Source: Vitrella brassicaformis CCMP3155
Taxonomy: Eukaryota; Protista; Chromerida
Length of the DNA: 64,000 bases
Assembly: GCA_001179505.1 (NCBI GenBank)
Contig: CDMY01000368.1
Span: 1-64,000, forward strand
Reading direction: 5' to 3'
This document shows, one piece after another, positions 12,106-24,381 of this stretch. The notes beneath the pieces were generated by a model. It was not told the origin of the DNA and did no database searches. It was given only the letters and a program-made list of their open reading frames with translations. Each line of letters begins with the position of its first letter. The stretch's first letter is position 1. The position numbers and the translations under genes are program-made.

Positions 12106-14042
12106 GGGCCAGCAGGGACGCGGCGGACGTGGCCCGTGCGCAGGCCGCCCGAAAGAGGTATGACGATGTCACGAAGCGGGTCGATATCGTCCGCGCCATC
12201 GCAGCCGCCATTAACGAGGACGGCTTCGCGACGAGAGCGCAGGGAGAGGTGATCGACCTCCTCACAAAGGAACTCCGCATGGTGATGGGAGGCCCCGAAG
12301 ACTACCCCGACCTCGACAGAATTATCTGGGACGCGTACAGCGGTAGGCATTTTGGCACACACACGCACACATTTCTCCGCATCCTTTCCACACACAGTTT
12401 TCCCCGAGAAGTCACCGGACCGCCACCAGCGCCTCGAGCCCGTCAGGGCCGCTCAAGTGCAAGGCAAGTCGCACGCACAGACCACATCATCTGGTTGCAT
12501 GGATGTGCGTCTTCTCTGCAGGAGTCAAGGCGGAGCTGCAAAAAAGAAGGGCCGCCGCAGAGCCAGCCGCGAAGGCTGACCCCATGATGTGCAGGCTGAG
12601 CAGTAGGCGCATATGAATGGATACTTGTGCGATAGGCAATCTGGTGATAGGCTGGCCCCTGAGCGAGAACACGTGTGTGTGTGTCTGTATGTGTGTGTGC
12701 GTAGGACTCAGCTGGCTACATCAACGGATGGGATCTTGCGGCTGAAGCCGGTGTGTGCCACGACAACATCATAAAGGCGCCCCACATCCTCGCGGTGCGC
12801 TCCCCACACGCCGCCGTCAAGCTGGCTGTTATGTGCAACGGTCAGTTGAAATTGGTGAATGTACGTCAGCAGGGATTGACGCCTTGCATTTGTTTTCTTC
12901 TCAGGTTGGACTATGGCCGACCCTGCCTTTACTGGCGGGATCGGAGATGACCGCGAGTTCGTGCTTATGCCTCTTATGCAGCAGGCGCTCTCCGGACTGC
13001 GGCACTTGCACAAAAGGGGCCTCATCCACACCGACATAGAGGTCCGGCAAAGAGCACTTACGACTTTTTCCTCTTGATTTATTCACTCTTTCCTTCGTGT
13101 TTGGAACGAAACGGCAGGGAAACCTTGCGGTTGACCTTGATCCTGCCACCAAAGAAGCTCGCCTTCTTATCATCGATCTGGATCGAATGGAGAAGCACAA
13201 CAACTCAGGAACAAAGGACTTCGTAAGCCACCCACCTGTTCACAAAGTGGATGAAGACACGGAAGCGTCCATGTGTCTGAACAGATGGAGGAGCCCATGG
13301 TGGACACGTGGGATATCGGTAAGGCATTGACCGTCCTTGGAGCTGGGCCTGGTTTTTGTTTCTTTCCTTTTCACGGTATCTAGGCAAAGTTTTTGACAAA
13401 CTGATGGGCGAGAACAAGGTACACACACATACTTTTGTGTATTGGTGACATGTGCACACATGATGTTGTTGCCAGACTTTGGAAGGACGTGGCATCGTGA
13501 ACAACCTCAAAAACTTCATCTACGACTCCTCACAGGCGAGCTGGGCTGTGGGCTGTACGCGACCACAGATTTATCTTTGTGTGTGTCTCCATTCTTATCG
13601 TGTCTCCTTTCCCGCAGGCCCTGCAGCAAATCGAGGACGAGTGGCTACTAAGCTTCAAAAGCACGCCCACGACCCAGCTAAGCTTTCTTGGAGTCCATTC
13701 CCGCCTTACCAAAGGAAGGCGACCTGGCGCCCCTGGACTGCACCCCTTCCCCCCCGGCCTCATCGCGACAAACCAGAATGGGTGAAGTACCTCGGCAAGA
13801 CAAACATCCCCTCTTATCAAGACACGAAGCGCCAAGAGGACAAGAGCTGAAGAGCAAGGTGGACATGAGGGCTAGTGACGAATGCAAAGCCGAAAATCGA
13901 CACAGGTGACGAACTCTACTCTCAATTGACCGACTGCATATCTCGTGTGTGCTTCTCGTGTGGGCTTTGACACAGGACTCTGCCGGTCGCTGCCAAGGAG
14001 GCGTCTAGCGGCTCTTCACAAGGAGGATCTAAGGAGGCTTGA
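12106..14042 (+). CDS. Divergent protein kinase-like protein, probable pseudokinase (5' and 3' ends uncertain)
   Basis: Spliced exons give AEAGVCHDNIIK (HxNI), QQALSGLRHLHKRGLIHTDIE|GNLAV (catalytic-loop region), LLIIDLD (DFG position), GTKDF, and ALQQIEDEWL. No recognisable Gly-loop. Confidence 0.7.
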
Positions 14043-15219
14043 GAAAGGGTGGAAGATCTGATCAAGATACGACGGCCCAAGCGGTCTTGCTGCAATGTCA
14101 AAGACGTCCTTCTGTGTCTCTTTCTTCGGCTTCAGCTCACACAGACGCAGCACATCCATGTGTGGCTCTCTTTGTGAATGCAGGTGTGAGTCTTTTGATC
14201 GTTGTCTACATTTTATATTTTGCTGCGCCTCTTAATCACTCGCAAGCCTCAGCAGGCGACTCGTTGCTGGCCCCACAAAGGGGCAGTCTTCTGCTGTGAC
14301 GTATTGGTAGCCAGCTTTGACGGGCCGAGCGTCGCTCTTTTCTTTAGCACATCGGGAATGGGCTCAGACATGACTCATCTGTCGGCCGGAGACTCGACTC
14401 AAGTCAATCAGATTTGATGGACGCTCGGGTCGACGGATGGAGGATTATATATCCAGGGCAGTGTCCCTCTGATCTCGTGTTTTGTTAATTTTGTCATGTT
14501 TCTGTGGCGACGGCGCTGTTAATGGCGATGAATGTGATGACAGCGGGGTTACACTGTATTGAATTGGTCAAGAAATGTGCAAATCCAGCTGCATGTTTTG
14601 ACAAGAGAGACTACTCCTTGCGTGGGTGTGTCTCATGCACCACAGTCAACGCCATTCAGCCTCGGTCACAGGGGCACACGCAATCTGTGATAAATTCGCC
14701 CTCAGCTAGCGCATTCACCATTGAGACACAAAAGGTCCCACTAAGACGACTGCCGAGTTAGCCATGCACGTGTCGTGGCCATGAGATCATGAGAGAGGCC
14801 GCCACGCACATGTGCACACCTCATGTATGTGTGTATGAAGTGAGCGACACGCACCTCAGTGGATGGCGTGTTGGTATCAAGGACGGGCAGCGCGCGGCGT
14901 GCATGCGTCTACGTGTGTATGCGTGTGTGTGTGTATGTATGTGTGCATGGACGAGTGAGTGTCTTGTCTCAGCTCTCAGCAAGCAAACAGGCAAGAGCAC
15001 AAGTACGTACGATGTCATGTCCTTACTGTCTGTCTCTGCAAGCAACCACATACAGTGTCATGCACGACGCGTCCATACCACTGCCTCTCACTCTCTCCCT
15101 CTCCAGAAAGACACATCTGCCTCGACTGTGAGTCTCTCTCTGTATACATACATGTACATAAATGAAGCCTTACAACTCCCCACCCATCCATCCAGCCAGC
15201 CACCCATCCCCCCACTCAT

Positions 15220-18073
15220 TCACTCACCGCCCATTGTCCCGCGTGGCCGCCTCCTGCCGGGCGGCCGTCTCTGCTGGAAGGCCAAAGCCCATCTCGCCCC
15301 ACCTTCCCCAGCCAACCCCCTCTCATGCGATATATACCAAGCAATGGGCACGTCGGAAGAGGCCGCCTGGTGCCTGTGGTGCTGGCTCATCTGCACCGAT
15401 GAACCGGCCTTCCTCCGCTCCTTGTCGTCCAGCTGCTGCGTGCTTGTGGATGCGTCGGTCTGCTGGCCCGTCATTCTCGCCCTGATTGTCTTGGTGATGT
15501 AGGATCGAGCCTGTCTGAGCAGTGATGTGGAGGGGGGCGGCGCCCAGGCGGTCTGCTGTGAGGTTGAGAGGGTGAGGGGCGTGACCAGGGGCGGGGAGGG
15601 AGGGGGCGGCACTTGGATGCTTTCGGCGCCTTGCCTCTTTTGCTCTCTCAGGAAGCGCTTGGCGTGAGGGGCCCAGCGGTCGCATAGGGCCAGGTCGATG
15701 GAGAGGCCGGTGGAGAGGCCTCTCAGGAGCTGACAGGACCGCAGCACGAAGAAGAGGTCCTGCGGGAAGCCCAGCACCGCGTTGCTCTTCAGCGTGTAGT
15801 CGGGTGAGAAGATGTTGAAGCAGACACTGGCCGATCACACACAGGACAGAAATGCGCTCATGTCAGCATGAGGGGGATTGCGCCGCGCCTTCTGTCCGTG
15901 TCTGCGTACCCCGGCATCTTCCTTGTGTCGAACATGGAGACGGCCATCCGCTCGAGCGTGGCGTTGTTGGAGGGATCCTCCACATGGATGCCTTCACACA
16001 CACACACACAGTTGAATTGCCTGTACATGCATTCTCCTCGCTGCGTGTGGATAGTACCCAGGTCGAGGAGGCCTTGTGCGATGCGGTCCCGTTGCCTGGA
16101 CTTGAGGTCCAGCACGAAACTCGCCAGCCGCCTTTGCAAAGGCTGGTCCAGAGCCTGAATGAACGAATGGACAGAAAGGCACACAACACAACAAAGGCCC
16201 ACAGGTACATGTTGTATCTGTTGGTTTTCTCGCTTCGCTCACCTTGACTTGGCCCCAGTCGAGCAGCCCCAGATGACCTCGCGGCATGATGAGGAAATTG
16301 CCAGGGTGTGGGTCGGCGTGGTGCAGCCCATCCTGGCTGAAAATCATGACGCCCCACGCGTCAGCGATCCGCATGGTGATCCGTCTGAGCAGCCGCTGCT
16401 GCATCCGGGGGGACAGCCGACGGACAGCGTTGTTATTGGACTCAGCCACCTCACGCAGACGGGTGATCTGCACCCTGCAGGCAATAAGATAAAACAGACA
16501 CCAACACAGGTATGTTGTCTGCGATTGGCAGTGGGTTGTGTGTACCCATCGAGGAAGCTCATGATGAGGAGTTTCTTGGTGGCGAGTCTTGGCTGTGGGA
16601 CCTTGACGCCCCTCACTCGTCGGTGCAGCAGCGGCCCCAAGGCCTGCATGTGACTGGCCTCCTGGGTGAAGTCGAACTCGCGGAGCAGCTGACTTTTCAG
16701 CTCCTTCAAGGGGTTCACTGCATCATGATGAACACACATACGTGTGAGCGCAGAAAGGCACACACGTGTGTGTGGATGGGGTACTCACCTAGGTCGAATT
16801 TGAGCTCGAATCGCTGCAGGTACCTCGCCAGAATCTGCCCACACCAAACGAAACAAGCCAACAAGAAGGGATGGGACTTTGCCCTCCCCTCCCTCCCTCC
16901 CTCCCTCCTCTCGCCATGTCCGTGCCGACCGATAGGTTGGTGATGTCGGCTGCCATCAGCCGCCGTGCCCCGGGGTACTGAACCTTCACAGCTACTTTCT
17001 CGCCAGTCTTCCTGAGCTTGGCCTCGTGCACCTGCGACAGACTGGCGCTGCCGATGGGCTTGGTGAGGTCGAAGGAGGCGAACAGCTGGTCGAAGTCCAG
17101 CTGCAGCTTCTTGAGCTCCTGCTCAACCACCTTGCGGGCCCTCTTGGCCGACATGGGCGGCACACGGTCGTGGAGGGTCGAGAGCTTCCGGATGTAGGGG
17201 GGCGGGCAGATGTCGTGACTGCAGTCAATGCAACCATGATAGCATGTGACGCGCAGAGAGTGGAGTGTTTGTGTGTGTCTGGTGGTGCTTTACCTACCGA
17301 GTGCCAAGGAACTGTCCCGACTTGAGGTAGAAGCCTCTCAATGAAAGACAGAGGTCCAGCAGACGGTCGCTGTTCTTCTCGTGCTGAGCCGACCACCTGA
17401 TATGATAGGTCACATCGCATCGATCGCATCACACGAAGCCAGCAGCAAAACACAACGGATCAGCGCCGCTATCAGATATGGGCTGGCTGGGCTGCAGTGC
17501 AAGCCGGTGAGGTCACCAGGTGTCTCGGGTGTGCTGTCGATTAGCTTCATCAGGAGACCACAGGGGCAACAGTGCACTCTGGGCCTGGCAAGACCAAACA
17601 AGAAGTGGAACCTTGGCAGGATCTCTGTGGGTGGAGAGTGAAGGGCTGGGTTAGTACCTGTAGTATTTTGTAGGACCCGTAAATGACTCCCACCCTCATC
17701 CAGAACTGCAGCAGCCGCAGCAAGTTCGACTGCTGGTCATAGTCGAACTGTTCGACAGCTGCAGCGTCACGAGACAACCTGCACACGCAGACACACACAC
17801 ATCACACGCACGCGCAGGCATATGACATGCGTGGCGCTTGCTGCTCCGTCCAAGGCCGTCTTTCTGCCCAGCTCACTTGGCGTCTTGAGCACCCGTGTCG
17901 GCCACATTCGGGCGCTTCTTCCTCTGGCTCACGTATCTGGCCCTGGCAGTCTTCAGGCTGTCCACTGGCTTCTGAGAGCGGGCGACGAACGACAGGCACA
18001 CAACGGGCTGATGGCAGCCCAGAAAAATACAGCAGAGCAGGGCAGCAGAGCCGCAGACGATGACCAGTCTCAT
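15220..18073 (-). CDS. ABC1/ADCK (UbiB-family) atypical kinase, probably plastid-targeted
   Basis: PIGSASLSQVHEAKLRKTGEKVAVKVQYPG, LLREFDFTQEA, IMSFLDG, HADPHPGNFLIM..LGLLDWGQVK, FPQDLFFVLR. N-terminus MRLVIVCGSAALLCCIFLGCHQPVVCLSF = signal peptide followed by Phe and a transit-like stretch. Confidence 0.92.
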
Positions 18074-18282
18074 GCTTGAGTCAGCCAGAGACTCGTAAGT
18101 CGAGAGTCAGCAGCAAGATGAAAGGAAAGATGCTGCTATGAGAAGCTGCCAGGGAGCCTCGCAAAGCATCGTCTCAGCAAGAAGATTCGCAGATCTACCG
18201 CCATCGGTTTCGAGAACAATACTAGTACCCTTAACAGCCGGAACAGACGACAAGTTGTTCCGAGCAGCAGCTCGGCACGAAG

Positions 18283-20346
18283 ATGCAGGAGAATGCCGCC
18301 GCCTCGTCAAGTGCCAAGATTTGCCTCTTCACGCGGTGGCTTGCCCTGTCCAGCAGTATTCACTCTGTGGTGCTTTTGTCGCTGCTGAACCGCCTCAGCG
18401 CCGCCCTGTCGACGACTGACGGCTGTTTATTCATCGCCCTCTTCTTTGGAGGCGCCCTCAACGTGTGTGCGGTCGTGCTTCTCAGCTGGGCTGACCCAGT
18501 GGCAATGAAGGTTGATTCCATGAGTGTGTACTACGCCAAGGCTATTGAGGGCGGTGGTTCTCGTCCAGAAGAGGCACCCACCGCAAAGACGGCCGACAAC
18601 AACACGACAAGCAGGACCCATCACAGGCAGGCAAGGCGTCGCAGCAGCCCGTCGCCCTCCCCACCGCCCTCCCCTCCCTCCCCGTCAGCCCGGTCCCTCC
18701 CCCCTCCCTCACAGTGGCCAACCAGGCCACTCTTCTTCCGCTTCGCCCCACACACGGCCAATCACACGAGGTCTCTGATGATCAACCCCCCGGTCAAGCG
18801 AAGGAAGGCCGACTTGTTTCGTACCAGGGGCTCGGGGGGTTCTCTGAGGTCGGGCTCGATGATTCTGATGGACACAGCGAGGAGTCTGCGGCGGTCAGTG
18901 ACGGCCATGCTCATGGGAGAGCGGCCCAGAGATGAGGAGGGAGCTGGACAGACGGCATGTGACGAGCGACGGGAGCCGCATGACGAAAGGTGAGCGGACA
19001 GCACACACCACACAGAGAGGCCTGCAGCGGCCGCATACAGACGACATTCATTCACATGGCCGCGTGTCTTTGGTGAATCAATCAGCTCCCACCATGAGCG
19101 AAACAGTCGCGGCATCGAGAGCTTCTCCAACAATTTGTTCTCTGGGAGGTGCGTCATCCGGGTGGTCAATGCCCCGTCGCTCGATATGGGTGAGTGCGAG
19201 GAGGGGTACGTTTACGTCGACAGTGAGGACTACTTCAAGGGGAAGAGGAGGACCATGCAAGTCATCATGCAGGTAACTGATATGCACACACACGGAGACA
19301 ATGTCGCCTCTGCTCGTCATGACCGTGTGTTTTGTGTTCGTCATTCAGGGTCAGTTTCGCCATAGGACGCCGTTTAGTGAGGTGTTGACAGGTCAGGCGT
19401 TCGACCGGCCGCCGGCGCTGCCCCCTCAATGGGCCCTCAACCTCGGCCTCTCGATCGTCAGGTCACTCAACCCATCTATACAGGTACCTCCCTTAAGGCG
19501 CCAAACCACCTGCATCGCACCTGATGCATTGTGTGTGTATGTGAGCAGGAGAACCTAACTCAGCAGGACGCCTGTGTTGGGGGTCGGTACATCCTGAGCC
19601 CACTCATCGCGACGGCGCAGACGGTGCACATCGCTCACGGCCCGTCTGCATCAGACTCACCCACCAGCGGAGAGAGGATCATGCCGCCTCGGCTGCTGGG
19701 CGCATGCGATGTGCCCGAACAAACCACGCTTCTAGGTGGGTAACCCACTGGACCAGATTGCATACCGAACATACCTCTTTCTGTCGCGTTGCCTTGTGTG
19801 TACAGGTGGGATGTTTGCGAGCGGGCAGGTGCCCCAGGGCCGCCGCAAGAAGCACTTCCAGCGACCTGAGAACCTCAGCGGCCACTTCTTCGAGCCTGAC
19901 CTCATCTACACATTCGACTTCTACCAGGCAAGCAGGCCAAACAAGCAAGGGCCAGTGAGTGAGGCGGGCAGGCGGTGATACTGCCGTCTCCTCTGTGCTG
20001 CGTGCAGCATTTGTTTCTGCCGTCGACCTGTGAGTTCGATTTGGGGTTCTACAAGTGAGTGAATCAATGCAATAAGCTGCCTGACCGGCACAGAGAGGAT
20101 CCCACACAGTCCCCTCCCCCTGGCTGGCTGGCTGATGTCATCAGGCTGGATGTGAGTCGGTATCTCAACCGTCAGCCCATCGAGTCTATGGCCATCTGGG
20201 GGTTGCCGAAACAGCTGCAAGGCAATACCAGCCAGGACCACGGGAACGGCCACACGGCCAGGAGGCGTCGTGACTCTCAGCACCAGCAGCATGAGCAGCA
20301 ATACTTTTGGCGAATTCAGATTTGGCATGAGAAGCTGCTGCTGTGA
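18283..20346 (+). CDS. DUF1769 (Duc1-like) domain protein
   Basis: WPTRPLFFRF, LFSGRCVIRV, DYFKGKRRTMQVIMQ|GQFR, VLTGQAFDRPPALPPQW, YILSPLIATAQTV, RRKKHF, FEPDLIYTFDFYQ|HLF, LDVSRYLNRQPI; start could also be the Met near 18504. Confidence 0.8.
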
Positions 20347-20739
20347 CTTATTGATTGCAATGTGCATGTTGGAAGTCGATTCAGTCAGTCTTGGTCTGTC
20401 TGTCTGCCTGTCTGCCTGTCTGTCCACCTGGGCGTTTATGTGTACGTCGGTGTCTTTGGGGCCTTTGTCGGTCGGTCATATCCGTCAGAGACGCATTTGC
20501 GTACGTGTAGTGTATTCTGTGGGTGTCAACGAGACGGCCCGCCGATATGGCGCGGCACGGAAGGGAAAGGACACATGATCTGTGGATGCAGCCGTCTGTG
20601 TGGGGGAGATCTGCATGCATACATTCATCCACTGACCACGCTGCAGTTTTTCTCCACCCTCCCCCCTTCTCCGCCCTTCTCCGCGAGCTCATTTCCGATC
20701 GCTTCTCCTCGCGGCCCTTGCGAACGCTCGAAGAGCAAT

Positions 20740-23271
20740 ATGCCGTCAACAGAGAAGCGCGACGGGCAGCCGGCGATGGGTGGATTCATGTCACGCTTCG
20801 CTTCTCCCGCCGCACTCGTCGTGGGGCTCCTCATCTCCATTCCTCTCGTCGTCCTCACCCTCCATGCCACCACCTACGGGCTCATCTCACTCCTGACGGC
20901 CGAGGACCTCCCCGACCACCGGGACCTCAGCCTGGCCTACGCCAATGAGACGGTTGAGCTGACCGAGGAGGAGCATGCAGACCTTCGTCGGCTGCAGCAG
21001 GATCCTGACATCCAGTACATCAAGAAGCTGTACAATAATCCCATCTCTGAGGGCACCACGTCCTTCTACTGGAACCTCACCGACAGTATAAGGATGGGGT
21101 ACATGGCTGCTTGGGATGACTCCATGGATGAGCTCATGGAAGGATGCATTGTCTTTGCTTGCTGTCTGTCTGTCTGTCTGTGATGTCAGATCTGCGTGGT
21201 TTGTGTCACCTGTGGCCGAGCCCGCCGGTGGGAAAGAACAACATCTACCGCACAGCCGCCCTGCCCAACCACAATTTGCGAAACGGACGGGGATGCGGCA
21301 TGTGCATCGAGGTGAGGTGACCGCACAACAGAGCAACATGCAGACGGATAATAATGCCTGTCTGCCTGCCTGACTTGTGTCGTGTTGTTCACACACACGC
21401 AGGTCATTTCTAATGGTGGTGGCGGTGGCCACACGATGAGTCACCGGCTGCCAGTGGGCCAGCGGCTGTATGGCTACGTCAACAACGCATGTGGCACATG
21501 CGAGCCGGACCAGATAGATATGGAAGACGAGAAACGCGCCGGCAGGTGGCAGGTGCGATGCATACATATACACATACACATACACACACACGGATGGCTG
21601 TCGGATGATTGGTCTATGTCTGCAGTCGACGTGGCGGGCGGTGGACTGCTTCACCCGCGGCACCCCAGTAGAATTCACAACCGAGCCAAACAGCGGCAAA
21701 AACTTCCTCGGGGTACCGACACAAGAAAAAAGCAGCCGTGTTTGTGCGGCACCTGGTTGTGTATGCATCTTTTTACACCAGGTCCAGCCGCGCAACGCTC
21801 CGATCCCGTTCATCAAGGTGGAGTACTTCCACCCCTTCAACAAGAAGTGGTACAACATGAAGTTCCAACCCAAGAGAAACTATTGGACGGTACATCACCT
21901 TAGTACACAGATGCACACACATGCATCGCATCCAGCAAGCAGTGTAGGAGGAGGTCCCTGTAGTGTCTGCCTGTGTGGGGTGGGCTTGGTTGATGATTGA
22001 TTCAGCTGCAGGCAGATGACCTGAAGCTCAAGTATCCGAACGACCGCTTCAAGGCGCCGCTTCAAGTGCGACTGACATCCCTAAAGGTACTTGGGTGGCT
22101 GGCTGGCTGAGCACCTTCAGATATACACAAATGGACAAGTGTGTTCCTGGCTGTGTCCATTGGCAAACAGGGCGAGGTGAAGGTCACGAACATCAAGCGG
22201 TTCGGCAAGGGCATATACGACTCCTTCGTCAGCGACCCACCTGTCAGATTCTCGGTAGGTACTGTACACATAACATGTAGCTACCTACCGAAAGGCGCCA
22301 CACGCATAGGTGCTGTGTGTGTCTTTCCCCGTGTGCAATAAATAAATGCAGGGCATCAAGAAGTCAACCGTCAAGAAGGGTCAGTTAGTGAACGCCAGAT
22401 GCTCGCGTGACGTATCTCTCTTTTCCGGCGTGTGCTTTGCCTCACTCATTATAGGTAGCTGCGACATCCCCAAGAACCAGCGCCAGAAGTGCTCACCCTT
22501 TGCCAACATGTGCCAGCCATGCAAGGTACATCCATCAACAGAAAGATCACACACGGCAATAGGACGCCCCCGTACCCTTTCGCATAGATGGCATGCTCTT
22601 TGGTATCTCTGTGCAGATGAACGGCTGCTGCTGGGACCCCCAAGTCGGCCAGGGCATTCCCAAGTGCTACAAGCGAAGTAACCGACACCCACACACGCTG
22701 ACACACACGCCATTCGTTCCAATTTTATGTTTTACTGTCTGGCGTCTCACTGATGGATGGATCGATCAGAGAATTCTGGTAGTGAGAAGGTGCCGGGGAA
22801 CCCCAAGTCGTCCAACCCCGATCTGCGTGAGTGCCTGATGCGGTTCAACTGCCCCAGCAAAGAGCCCAAGATAGTGATCAACAGCCTCAAGCAGACCGAG
22901 AAGAGGGTGCCCGTCAAGAACATCTACCCTGCCAAGCACCCAGACTGGCCGTCCTCTCAAGTACACCACACAGATGCCCTCAATCAGGCGATCGAACACA
23001 GCACACACATGGACTCTCTCCCTGTCCCTCTGTGCAGCTGTTGTACAAGGTGAAGCCTGTGGACGCCAAGAAGCTGCCGTCGACAGTGAAGGTGTTCTTC
23101 AACTACGGCGGGCAGCAGGTGGTGGTGCAGTGCTGGGGCAAGGTCAAGCACTGGGCAAAGGTCAAGCTCGAGTTCTCACTCCAGACCACCAAGGGCGACT
23201 ACTTCCAGAAACGCAAACACGAAGGCGAGCCCACCATCTGCAACCTCGTCATCCACTGTCTCCCCTCCTAG
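20740..23271 (+). CDS. Signal-anchored expansin-like protein (DPBB + CBM63-like) with a trefoil/P-type domain and C-terminal extension
   Basis: N-terminal hydrophobic helix AALVVGLLISIPLVVLTL; GTTSFYW..RGLC..RTAALPNHNLRNGRGCGMCIE; NNACGTCEPDQID; GRWQ|STWRAVDC; VQPRNAPIPFIKVEY..NYW; trefoil CDIPKNQRQKC..C..GCCWD..PKCY (22460-22670). Confidence 0.75.
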
Positions 23272-23920
23272 CCGCTACGCTCCCCGCGTCAGTGCACCCA
23301 GACTGACTCAGCCGGGCAGGGAGGCGGTGGGAGGTCAGGGATGATTTGTTGATGGGAGGGGGTGCTTCTGCGTTTTTCTGTTGTGAGGATATGCTGTGCT
23401 TGCACATATACGATACGTACACACATGCACATTTGGGGGGCTGTGTGTGCGGGGGGACTGTGTGTGGGTACATGTCTGCCTGCTGTTATCGATAGGGGCT
23501 TGGCTTGAGTCGGGGGGCGACGTCTGGCTGGATACACACACACACACACACACACACTCTCTTTCACACGGGGACGATCAACGATGTTTTTGCCAGCCAA
23601 ACATACACAGGCACAATCCTGTGTATGTGGGTAGTTTTGCGGCCGGCCTGTCAGTCTTGTATAATTTGCCACCATGGTGTCTGTGGTTAATGAGACGGAC
23701 AGACACACAGGGAGACACAGAGAGAGACAGCTGTTCTGAATAGCGAGCGGGGAGGGAGACAAGGATACCGACTAAATGACACACTTGACCGATCCTTTTG
23801 TCAATGCACTCTCACGTACATACGAATTTGTGTATGCCTACCTGTGCGTGTACGGATATGTACGTGAATGTTTGGATGAAAGTAGGTCAGTCAGTCAGTC
23901 GCGTGTGTGTATGCAACCGA

Positions 23921-23947
23921 TAGGTAGGTAGGTAGGTAGGTAGGTAG
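23921..23947 (+). repeat. (TAGG)n tetranucleotide microsatellite; representative of many intronic/intergenic SSRs (GT, CAGA, CCAT, CCGT)
   Basis: Perfect TAGG run; similar runs e.g. (CCGT)n ~54028-54051 and (GT)n ~62776-62801. Confidence 0.9.
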
Positions 23948-24381
23948 ACGGCATGACTATAACTTGACTGCCTGCCCTCCGCAGAGGCACATTTGCCGTG
24001 TTTGCTTGTCCTCCTTTTGGGCCGCTGCCCACTGCACGTGCATTGCGTGGGTGTGAACTTGTGTGAGTGCAAATGAAGGAGTGCAATGAGTGCTTTTCAG
24101 TCAGGCAACTGGCAGCTGAGAAGATGGGCATGTACATATGTACCTGAATGAGATGAGGCAGCACATAAGATGCGAGCGTATCTAAGAGCAAGGTCAATTG
24201 CGGTTCAGACACAAAGATAAAACAGTGCCACAAGGCACAGAAAAAGGAGAATAACCGATCCAAAAATAATGCAGCAGGGCCACACGAGCCACAGAATCTC
24301 TCCACAGACCGCATCTCTGCGGCTCTCCCTTATCATCACTCCTGCCTGCCTGCCTGCATCGAAATACACGGGGACATGACC

